From NCBI GenBank assembly GCA_029856105.1, contig JAHQWH010000098.1:1-35452 (forward strand): a stretch of DNA of 35,452 nucleotides, read 5' to 3'. Position 1 is the first letter of the stretch, and each line of letters begins with the position of its first letter. This stretch comes from Promethearchaeia archaeon. GTDB taxonomy: Archaea > Asgardarchaeota > Lokiarchaeia > Sigyniarchaeales > SOKP01. This document shows positions 27,814 through 35,452 of this stretch, in pieces. Made by a program: the position numbers and the translations under genes. The notes beneath the pieces are model-generated. The model saw nothing but the letters and a program-made list of their open reading frames with translations. It was not told the DNA's origin and made no database searches.

Positions 27814-30800
27814 ATGTCAGAATTTCGTGAGGATTTATTAGTCTCTACCATTAATAAAAAACGATTAGTTAAAATCATTCTTACAGCCGCTTTATTGGTT
27901 GCCTCGTTTGCATTTTCAGTCTTCTTGTTTAGCCTTCTCTGGGGGACCCAAAGGCCACTTCCAAGCGACCGATTGTTAGACGCAGAATATGAAGATGTTG
28001 TTTTGATAATACCTCCCTTTCCTTATAATATGTCAGATTTTCAAGATCAATTTTCAGACCTTAATTTAACCCAAGACCAATTACAAGACCTATTAGACGC
28101 ATTACAAGATATGTTTGATGGAGATATTGATGATTTAGACTTAAGTGATTTTTCACAAGCAATGGCAGCCCTTATGTTTTCTGAGGTCGAAGCATTTAGA
28201 GTTCGTAATTACGATCAATCGATTTTTGAAATGGAACAAAAACTATGGCGATATGAGAGTTTTGATGAATATAACGGTTCAACTTGGCATTCTACAGCAG
28301 CAAGCGCACCAGCTGATTTTTATGAATCTTCAGACTATTGGGCTTTTCATAGTGATAAAGATTTAATAGAGATAGAAATGCCTTTATCTGCAAATGCTGG
28401 AACAAATTCCTTTGTAATTCCGTCCTTTTTCCCTGATCCTTATATCATAGATGAAAGTTTCAGTTCAAGTCATGGATTTATTGATTATTTTAACAACCCT
28501 CCAAATTTGTATAAAGATGATTATAATTGTACTACACTTCATATTGATTTCAATACAGAAGGAGATCTAAATATGACTTATAATATGTTTGGATTAGATT
28601 TGCCCACAAGTGCGGAAATTGCTGCAGTGGCAATCGAACCGCTTCATACTCCTGATACATTAGAAAGTAAGTATCTCAAATTAAGAGGTGATACTGTAGA
28701 TAATTACATTAATGACTGGGACGATTTTGCGACTCATGTTAATATCTTAAATGGTACAATGTCTAAATACTTAAACGGTACTATTTCTGAAAGTGCTTAT
28801 GAAGTAGCAGATAAAATCAGAACATATTTATATTATAATTTTAATAAAATTACAGATCCGGATCAATATACTCCTGCTCCTGATGGGTATGATTATATTG
28901 AATGGTTTTTAGAGCAGGGAACTGGTTATTGGCCGGACTTTACATCAGCATTTTGTGCATTTGGAAGAGCTTTTGGTCTCGCAACGAGATTTGTTGATGG
29001 GTTCAATAGTTTTGGGATACAAGAATTCCTAGATAATGGACGAGACACTTTTGCTATTAAATACAGGAATTTATATAATTGGGCGGAGGTTTTTATACCT
29101 ACAGCTCCCGGAGATGGATTTTGGATACAAATGGATGTATATTATGATATTGCACCTACTTCTGCAAATTACTCATTAACTCTTAATTCAGATTTTAATT
29201 CAGGATATAGGGGAGGTATTGCTAATATAACCGCTACACTAACTTTGGATGGCAGCCCCGCTGTTGGTGAACCAATTAATTTTTATGATTCCAACTCTGG
29301 TCAATATTTAGGTGAATCTTATACTGATATCAATGGAAATGCATCAATTTCAATTCCTCTTGATGATACACAAGTTGTCGGTCCCCACACTATATACGGT
29401 CAATTTTCTAATATAACCAATACAACATATTTTGAAATATACGGGGATATAGAAGTGAATCTTCTCAATGTAAATCCCCAATCAATTAATATAACAATTG
29501 ATGATATCGCAAATATAGTAGGTTTTGTTGAAGATCCTATTAATAACCAAAGAGTAAGATGGGTACCACTAGATTTCAATTTATTTTATAAAGGAACCAG
29601 CGTTGAAGCTCATCCCAATCCTTTTGACTGGGGTCATCCGGGAAATTATGCATATACAGATGATAATGGTGATTTTGATTATTTTGTGACTTTAGATAAT
29701 GGAGTATCTATTGGTCAATATGAATTAAGAGTAGATTTAAATATGTCAAGTAATAAACTGAATGCTTCAAGTAATAAGCTAGACTTAAATGTTACTAAAG
29801 GAATTGAAAAAGCTGTATGGTTTTATATAAATGATGTAGATAGGGTTATACATGATGCCCCAATTGTGAATAGAATTGCCACCATTACTCTAAAAGCAAA
29901 AGTAGTTAATGAAACAAACCATGCTTTACCCAATGAAATTGTCTCCTTTTATGATTATGATAGAGGTATTTTAATTGGTACTAATACTACTAATAATAAC
30001 GGTGAAACTACTTTTGATTATGCTTTGGGCAATTTTAATACAATTGGCCCCAATCTTTTATATGCTAAATTAGGAGGTAAAGAGAATTATTCATATTTTA
30101 TATTAAATGAGGAACCATGGATAAATATTATATCTGGTCCAACACCAAGAGAAATTAACAGAACTGCTGCAGGTGCTTCTAATACTTTATTTAATATCGA
30201 AGGAGAAATTTTAGATCCCATCAATAATAACCCAATTAGAACATCTCAGTTAACTTTGAAACTAATTAGAGGGGGGACTGATTACTCTTCATATTTAATT
30301 CCTAATGGGGATATTTACATAGATTTTAATGGATATTTCAATATTAATTTTGAAGTCGCTTCAAATACACCAGTAGGAAACTATAGCTTAAGGTTAGATT
30401 TTAATGGTACTATAGATTGGGGTTGGCACCCAGAATATAGTACTTCCTTTGATTTACCATATATTAATACTTCAAGCTCATTTTTAAATAAATTGAAAAT
30501 ATCAACTCCCACCACTTTACTCTTTAACTTTTGGATTGATGGAACCACATCTTATGATTATAACAATCCCGTGATTTATCCGGATTCTAATCTAAATTTA
30601 AGCGTTTATCTAGAATCAGATGGAATTCCAATAGGAGATGGAGAATCGATTGATTTTTTTGATGTTACTCAGAATGTAAACATAGGTTCTGCCCAAACTC
30701 TTAATGGTTTTGCTAGCTTAATCTATGACACAGGACCATCAGCTGTAGCTGGACCTCATCAAATTTATGCATGTTGGGGGGCTAATTTCAATCATTCCTA

Positions 30801-32250
30801 CTTTATTATTGACAATCCTATAAGCTTAACTCTGAACTCTGGACCCAACCCTAGAGAGATTATGAGAACGGGAGTAACGCAAAGAACATTTAACCTTCAA
30901 GGAGATTTAACCGATTTCACGTTAGGAACTCCAATAAAGTATGGATTTATTTATGTTTATCTTTTTGACGGACCCATTGATGTATCTCATTATCTTGTAC
31001 TAGAAAGTGGTTCACAAAGATTAGATCAAACTGGCGTTTTTGATTTAACTTATTCAGTATTAAGCTCAACCCCCGAGACTAATTATACCTTACAGATTGA
31101 ATTTTCCGGTACCTTTATGTATTCCTGGCCATATAATCTGAACAATGAACATGATTTTTATTTAGGAGGTTTTAGTAACTTTACTGATATTGATATTGCT
31201 AGCAATGAACTAAAAGTAATTGATCCTGAAAATCTTGATATTTTGCTTTCTGTAGAAGGAAATCCAACATTACCTTTTTATAATAACACTAATCCTCCAG
31301 AAACCTATAATTTTGGTGACACTGTTCACATCCAGGTTCAAATAAATCACGCACTACCATTTACAGGAAATACTGTATATCTTTATGATGACTTTACTTC
31401 TACTCTTATTAGTTCACACATTTTTACCAATGAGACTGGTTTCTATCAATTTAATATTCAAACAAATGATCTTCATGCCGGGTTAATTAGATTCCGAATC
31501 AATTATCATACTTATAGTACTTTTAATACTACCTATATTGTTATTAATGAAACGATTGATATTTCTATAAATATTGATCGATATGTTATTCAACGTGATT
31601 TCCATCAGTTTGATGTCTGGGGGGTACTACAACAAAATGGAACAAATCTAGATGGGCTAAATATTGGCCTATATCTATTAGATAGTTCATATACTGATGT
31701 TACAAGCAGTTATTTAAATATAAATGGCCCTCAATTTTATACTGTCAATGGAGGAAATTATCAATATTATGACAATTCTATCTTCTTGAGTTGCCCGCAA
31801 GGACAATATTATATACTGATATATTTTACAGGAAGTATAAATGAAGCAGGAATCTCTTTAAACAATTATATGATCCCAACTTTTAGCTCTTTTGAAGCAA
31901 TAAATATTACAGCAGGGACTACTATTACTGGAAATTATGATACAGAAATCGTGAAGGATGATTTCTATGAGGGAGATAATTTATTTGTTTATGGCTATTT
32001 ATATTGGGATAATGGAACTCCTATGACATTCATGCAAGTCGAGGTCACAGTTAGGAATAATCTTGGACAAACATTAGCGACAGCAACAGGTTCTACGGAT
32101 ATTAATGGCTTCTTTAACATCACTTTACCCATTGGATCTTGGCCTTCAGATGCTGAAGTATGGGTAAGTTTCTATCCTGAGGATAATTTCAGTTACCCAG
32201 AATATTATTATGTCGAATTCTATGAAATTGAAGTTTTTAGAGAAACTTAA
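27814..32250 (+). CDS. Membrane-anchored transglutaminase-like (TgpA-type) surface protein with tandem Ig-like repeats, probably catalytically inactive
   Basis: N-terminal TM; WRYESFDEYNGSTW (DUF3488/TgpA-N-like); a TGase-core pattern (FL....GY...F.SAF....RA.GL..RFV.GF...WAEVF.P....W...D); then beta-rich repeats with many N-x-S/T sequons. Confidence 0.8.
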   Translation: MSEFREDLLVSTINKKRLVKIILTAALLVASFAFSVFLFSLLWGTQRPLPSDRLLDAEYEDVVLIIPPFPYNMSDFQDQFSDLNLTQDQLQDLLDALQDMFDGDIDDLDLSDFSQAMAALMFSEVEAFRVRNYDQSIFEMEQKLWRYESFDEYNGSTWHSTAASAPADFYESSDYWAFHSDKDLIEIEMPLSANAGTNSFVIPSFFPDPYIIDESFSSSHGFIDYFNNPPNLYKDDYNCTTLHIDFNTEGDLNMTYNMFGLDLPTSAEIAAVAIEPLHTPDTLESKYLKLRGDTVDNYINDWDDFATHVNILNGTMSKYLNGTISESAYEVADKIRTYLYYNFNKITDPDQYTPAPDGYDYIEWFLEQGTGYWPDFTSAFCAFGRAFGLATRFVDGFNSFGIQEFLDNGRDTFAIKYRNLYNWAEVFIPTAPGDGFWIQMDVYYDIAPTSANYSLTLNSDFNSGYRGGIANITATLTLDGSPAVGEPINFYDSNSGQYLGESYTDINGNASISIPLDDTQVVGPHTIYGQFSNITNTTYFEIYGDIEVNLLNVNPQSINITIDDIANIVGFVEDPINNQRVRWVPLDFNLFYKGTSVEAHPNPFDWGHPGNYAYTDDNGDFDYFVTLDNGVSIGQYELRVDLNMSSNKLNASSNKLDLNVTKGIEKAVWFYINDVDRVIHDAPIVNRIATITLKAKVVNETNHALPNEIVSFYDYDRGILIGTNTTNNNGETTFDYALGNFNTIGPNLLYAKLGGKENYSYFILNEEPWINIISGPTPREINRTAAGASNTLFNIEGEILDPINNNPIRTSQLTLKLIRGGTDYSSYLIPNGDIYIDFNGYFNINFEVASNTPVGNYSLRLDFNGTIDWGWHPEYSTSFDLPYINTSSSFLNKLKISTPTTLLFNFWIDGTTSYDYNNPVIYPDSNLNLSVYLESDGIPIGDGESIDFFDVTQNVNIGSAQTLNGFASLIYDTGPSAVAGPHQIYACWGANFNHSYFIIDNPISLTLNSGPNPREIMRTGVTQRTFNLQGDLTDFTLGTPIKYGFIYVYLFDGPIDVSHYLVLESGSQRLDQTGVFDLTYSVLSSTPETNYTLQIEFSGTFMYSWPYNLNNEHDFYLGGFSNFTDIDIASNELKVIDPENLDILLSVEGNPTLPFYNNTNPPETYNFGDTVHIQVQINHALPFTGNTVYLYDDFTSTLISSHIFTNETGFYQFNIQTNDLHAGLIRFRINYHTYSTFNTTYIVINETIDISINIDRYVIQRDFHQFDVWGVLQQNGTNLDGLNIGLYLLDSSYTDVTSSYLNINGPQFYTVNGGNYQYYDNSIFLSCPQGQYYILIYFTGSINEAGISLNNYMIPTFSSFEAINITAGTTITGNYDTEIVKDDFYEGDNLFVYGYLYWDNGTPMTFMQVEVTVRNNLGQTLATATGSTDINGFFNITLPIGSWPSDAEVWVSFYPEDNFSYPEYYYVEFYEIEVFRET

Positions 32251-32270
32251 AATAACTAAAATCCCATAAA

Positions 32271-33833
32271 ATGATTAACATGATATTAATAAATCTTAGA
32301 GCTACAAGCAAAAAAACAAGGGTTAGGCTAGTTCTTTTGCTTATATTCTTAGGAATGTTTTTTAATCTAAGTTTTGTTAAAAATGAACTTCTTACTAACA
32401 ATCAATCGCTAAGGTCCTCGGGTATTTGGGCTACATTAGATCTTGAGCCTAACCCATGGTTTAACGATACAGAAATTCCTCATAACACACTTCTAACAAT
32501 TAAAGGAAGACTTTGGAACCGGATTACCGGTGATAATAAATCAGGACATACCGTAGAATTAGAAATCGATAGTATAATCAATAACAGTTACACTGATCTT
32601 ACTGATATTGATGGAGTATTTGAAATAGATTATATTGTTGATCCTTCACTAGATATTTATTCTTCTCATATAATCGAAGCGATTGTTCTTGATCCTCTTG
32701 ATACTGTTGAGTATCGTGGGTATTATATTATTAATGTAAATACTACTTCTTATTTCGATATTGTTGGACCTCCAACTCCAAAACTTATAGGAGATTTTTT
32801 TGATCCTAATGCTTATTTGCGGATGGAAAGTGGCTCTAGTATCCCTTTTGCAAGTTTAAGTTATTATTGGTATGATAATGCTCTGCTTATTGACACTAAT
32901 TTTGTTTCGACTGATGGGAGTGGATATATCCAAAATATCCTGATTCCCGATATTGGTATAGATGATTTAGATTTACTTTTATCATATGAATCACCTCCCG
33001 AGATTGGATATTCTGATAGTTTTATTACAGAAACAAATCTATTTTCAAACATTTCATGTGTATGGGATTTACCTACAACGATTCGAGCATTAAGTGACCT
33101 TGAGATAGCTGGAAGAATAATTTCTAGCACTAATCCTTCTATTGCGATAAGAGATACAGAAATTCAAGTTTTATATAATGGAATACCTTTACCAACAACA
33201 ATAATTACAGACTCTAAGGGAGATTTCTCAATTACACATTCTCTCTCCAATTCAACAGGAGTAGCTTCTATATCAGTTCGATTAGTAGATGATCTAGGAA
33301 AAAATATATATACAAGACATTTAATAACTATTCAAACCGCAGTTTCACAAACAGGTCCTGGAACGATGATTCCCCCTTTTATGATGTTTTTCTCTATTTT
33401 TCTGCCAATCTTAGGAGCACTTATTGGTGGTTTAGCATTTTATGGTTATCGTTATTATAAGAAGCAAGATAAATTATCAAAAGTAGTAAATCTACCTCTT
33501 GAAAGTAAAATAATAAATCTGAAAATTCTTAAAGATACGGGAAGATTAGAAGAATCTTTATCCTACCTTTTTAACGCAATTTATATGGATTTAATAAATG
33601 CTAAGTTTGGAAGAATCCGAAGTGATAATGAAACTATAAGAGATTTTGCTATAATTTCTGTTAAAAATCTACAGTTATCTCCATCCACACTTTATCCCTT
33701 TATACAAAAAGTTGAGGAAATTATTTATGCTAAACCGTTTCAAATTACAGATAAAGAATTTTATAACGCAATAAATTTATTTTCCCCTATCTATTTCGAA
33801 TTAACAGGCTACAATTTTGAATTAAATTTTTAA
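32271..33833 (+). CDS. Secreted Ig-like ectodomain + TM helix + cytoplasmic DUF4129-like domain
   Basis: N-terminal hydrophobic segment, beta-rich repeats, a TM helix near aa 370-393, and C-terminal ETIRDFA...VEEIIYA resembling DUF4129 (T.RE.....E...Y). Confidence 0.75.
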   Translation: MINMILINLRATSKKTRVRLVLLLIFLGMFFNLSFVKNELLTNNQSLRSSGIWATLDLEPNPWFNDTEIPHNTLLTIKGRLWNRITGDNKSGHTVELEIDSIINNSYTDLTDIDGVFEIDYIVDPSLDIYSSHIIEAIVLDPLDTVEYRGYYIINVNTTSYFDIVGPPTPKLIGDFFDPNAYLRMESGSSIPFASLSYYWYDNALLIDTNFVSTDGSGYIQNILIPDIGIDDLDLLLSYESPPEIGYSDSFITETNLFSNISCVWDLPTTIRALSDLEIAGRIISSTNPSIAIRDTEIQVLYNGIPLPTTIITDSKGDFSITHSLSNSTGVASISVRLVDDLGKNIYTRHLITIQTAVSQTGPGTMIPPFMMFFSIFLPILGALIGGLAFYGYRYYKKQDKLSKVVNLPLESKIINLKILKDTGRLEESLSYLFNAIYMDLINAKFGRIRSDNETIRDFAIISVKNLQLSPSTLYPFIQKVEEIIYAKPFQITDKEFYNAINLFSPIYFELTGYNFELNF

Positions 33834-33941
33834 TAAATAGATGTAAAAACAATAAAATAAAAAAAAAAGTAGAAAAAAATTTAAAGCCAAAAAAAATTAT
33901 GAATTAAATAATTTAAAAAATTACACAAATTGGTAAAGAAT

Positions 33942-34325
33942 ATGGCAAAAAAGAAAAAATCAAAAAAAGAGCAAGAACCTGAAGTAGATATCAAGCAAAA
34001 ATTTGAGAATGCAAAAGTACTAGTTGATACTAATAGAGCAAAAGAAGCAATAGCATATATCTACCTTATTTACAACGATATAATAACAATAAAATTCAAA
34101 AAACCACGATTAGCTCACCAAACGATACGAGAATATGCGATTAGATGCGTTACCGAGTTAGATCAAAAGCCAGAATCCATATACCCTTTTATTAAAAAAA
34201 TCGAAGATATTATATATGGAGGGGTAGAACCAACAAATAAAGAGCTAAATTTTACAGTTCAGCTATTTTCAAATTTATACAACGATATAACAGGAAAGAC
34301 ATTGCCAACAGTAAGTTTTCAGTAA
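33942..34325 (+). CDS. Stand-alone soluble DUF4129-like protein
   Basis: ATG at 33942 (the ORF track starts at TTG 33930). Clearly homologous to the C-terminal domain of the upstream gene (QTIREYAI...IYPFIKKIEDIIYG vs ETIRDFAI...LYPFIQKVEEIIYA). Confidence 0.8.
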   Translation: MAKKKKSKKEQEPEVDIKQKFENAKVLVDTNRAKEAIAYIYLIYNDIITIKFKKPRLAHQTIREYAIRCVTELDQKPESIYPFIKKIEDIIYGGVEPTNKELNFTVQLFSNLYNDITGKTLPTVSFQ

Positions 34326-34380
34326 AAAATAAAAAGTATATATCAAAATATGTAAAAAAATACGCATTATAGATATTAAA

Positions 34381-35452
34381 ATGTCGAGTGTAGGAAAACC
34401 ATCAGGAAGTAATGTTACTTTTTCAAAGGGCATAATCATAGCGTTTTTCACGGTTTTTCTCATAATCTATGGTATTTTTATTACTAATTTCATCGAATTT
34501 TATCCTTTGTATAATCCGGGCGAAGCTCTCCCATTTTTTATAAGTTATATCCCCCTTGTTTGTTACATTGGAGCGATATTTTTAGGATTTGGCCTAGTAA
34601 TTTTTATTAGAAATACAACTATTCAAAAATCAAGAGAAATACAATCTCGCAAAAAAGTGAAAACGGGGACTGCGTATAAAGAGGCTTTGTTTTTAGTAAT
34701 TTTTATCTTTTCATTTATACCTTTATTTGGCTCAATACTCGATTCGGGGAAAAATGATCAAAATTTCTCTGTTTATAATAGTGAATGGAATGGTGCAACC
34801 GATTTTAAGAGCACTATTGAACTTGAAGGTTATGATGTAATGACTATTCAATCCAGCTTGAGCGCCACAGAAAGACTAAATAAATCTATTTTGTTGATTC
34901 TATTAGGGCCTAATCAATTTTATAATCCGGTATTTGAGATACCATATTTCATTGATTTTTTTGATAGCGATATAAAAAATTCGTTGTTTATATGTCACGA
35001 CCATGGAAGCACGAGCACGCTCTTATGGGAAATTTTTATTGCAAGTGCAATAGATCCAGATCTTCAAGGAGCCGTACCCGTTACGATATTTCCTAACGGT
35101 ATATTACGTGATAACCTCTCATACGATACTCGTCCAGATTTTCCAGTAATAAGGTCGTTCTCGCCCCATCCTACTACTGTGGGAATTAGCGATGTTATTC
35201 TCTCCCAAGCGTCTTGTGTTGTTGGAGGTCCGTTTATTTCCTATTTTGGATGGGATTTAGTTGGTTCTAGTTCTGATTATGGATATGTTGACAAAAATAA
35301 CGACCACATGTATAGTTTTGAATATGATTATGTTGATTTAAGTATGGTAGCAGGAATAATCCCTGGATTTCCTGCTAGATGGCCACTTGGTGGTTATTCA
35401 CAAGGGGTTTTTATGGCTAAAGATGCTGGAAATTCAAGAGTTTTCTTATCAG
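34381..35452 (+). CDS. DUF4350-like membrane protein, 3'-truncated by the window end
   Basis: Not in the ORF track. The frame from ATG 34381 reads MSSVGKPSGSNVTFSKGIIIAFF..., with three hydrophobic segments, then FSVYNSEWNGATDF...LLILLGP, typical of archaeal DUF4350 proteins found in TGase/MoxR operons. Confidence 0.75.
   Translation, partial: MSSVGKPSGSNVTFSKGIIIAFFTVFLIIYGIFITNFIEFYPLYNPGEALPFFISYIPLVCYIGAIFLGFGLVIFIRNTTIQKSREIQSRKKVKTGTAYKEALFLVIFIFSFIPLFGSILDSGKNDQNFSVYNSEWNGATDFKSTIELEGYDVMTIQSSLSATERLNKSILLILLGPNQFYNPVFEIPYFIDFFDSDIKNSLFICHDHGSTSTLLWEIFIASAIDPDLQGAVPVTIFPNGILRDNLSYDTRPDFPVIRSFSPHPTTVGISDVILSQASCVVGGPFISYFGWDLVGSSSDYGYVDKNNDHMYSFEYDYVDLSMVAGIIPGFPARWPLGGYSQGVFMAKDAGNSRVFLS

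Noticed and set aside
33834-33929. Long A-rich tract between the two DUF4129-like genes
   Set aside because: Low-complexity intergenic sequence in an AT-rich genome, with no structure or repeat unit.
767-34463. Short overlapping ORFs in the track (e.g. 767-1078, 6802-7170, 8432-9244 set, 10175-13396 set, 13709-13894, 18153-19757 set, 21143-21523, 25099-25308, 28145-28366, 32864-33130, 34275-34463)
   Set aside because: They are antisense or out-of-frame shadows of well-supported genes and have no recognisable motifs.

Overview
This is an AT-rich archaeal chromosomal segment, most likely from an Asgard archaeon (Lokiarchaeia-like). The basis is archaeal topoisomerase VI A/B, MCM, GINS23 and archaeal-type CoaBC, together with a Rab-like small GTPase that has no prenylation tail. 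In order, the window holds: the 5' end of a glycyl-radical enzyme gene (minus strand, cut by the window edge); a MoxR AAA+/VWA/SWIM-like operon; a DUF885-like protein; an intergenic tandem duplication; coaBC; a greatly expanded top6B, top6A, a hypothetical gene and pyrE; gins23 divergent from a multi-pass membrane/HEAT-repeat gene, then mcm; a probable UvrD-helicase remnant; rubrerythrin and VIT1/CCC1; a Zn-dependent dehydrogenase; the Rab-like GTPase; an HDAC-family gene; a Pro-rich/coiled-coil/Zn-ribbon gene; and a surface operon (degenerate transglutaminase-like Ig-repeat protein, two DUF4129-like proteins, truncated DUF4350-like protein). The most striking unannotated signal is the pair of 148-bp direct repeats at 7941-8088 and 8152-8299 (89% identical, ungapped). 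Each copy looks like a complete miniature expression cassette: conserved upstream motif, TATA-like box, SD-like site, a 9-codon ORF (MPGQKDAIP / MPGQADAIP), a hairpin and a U-rich tract. No tRNA, rRNA, CRISPR array or intact mobile element was seen. All family assignments come from motif recognition by eye; no database searches were run.
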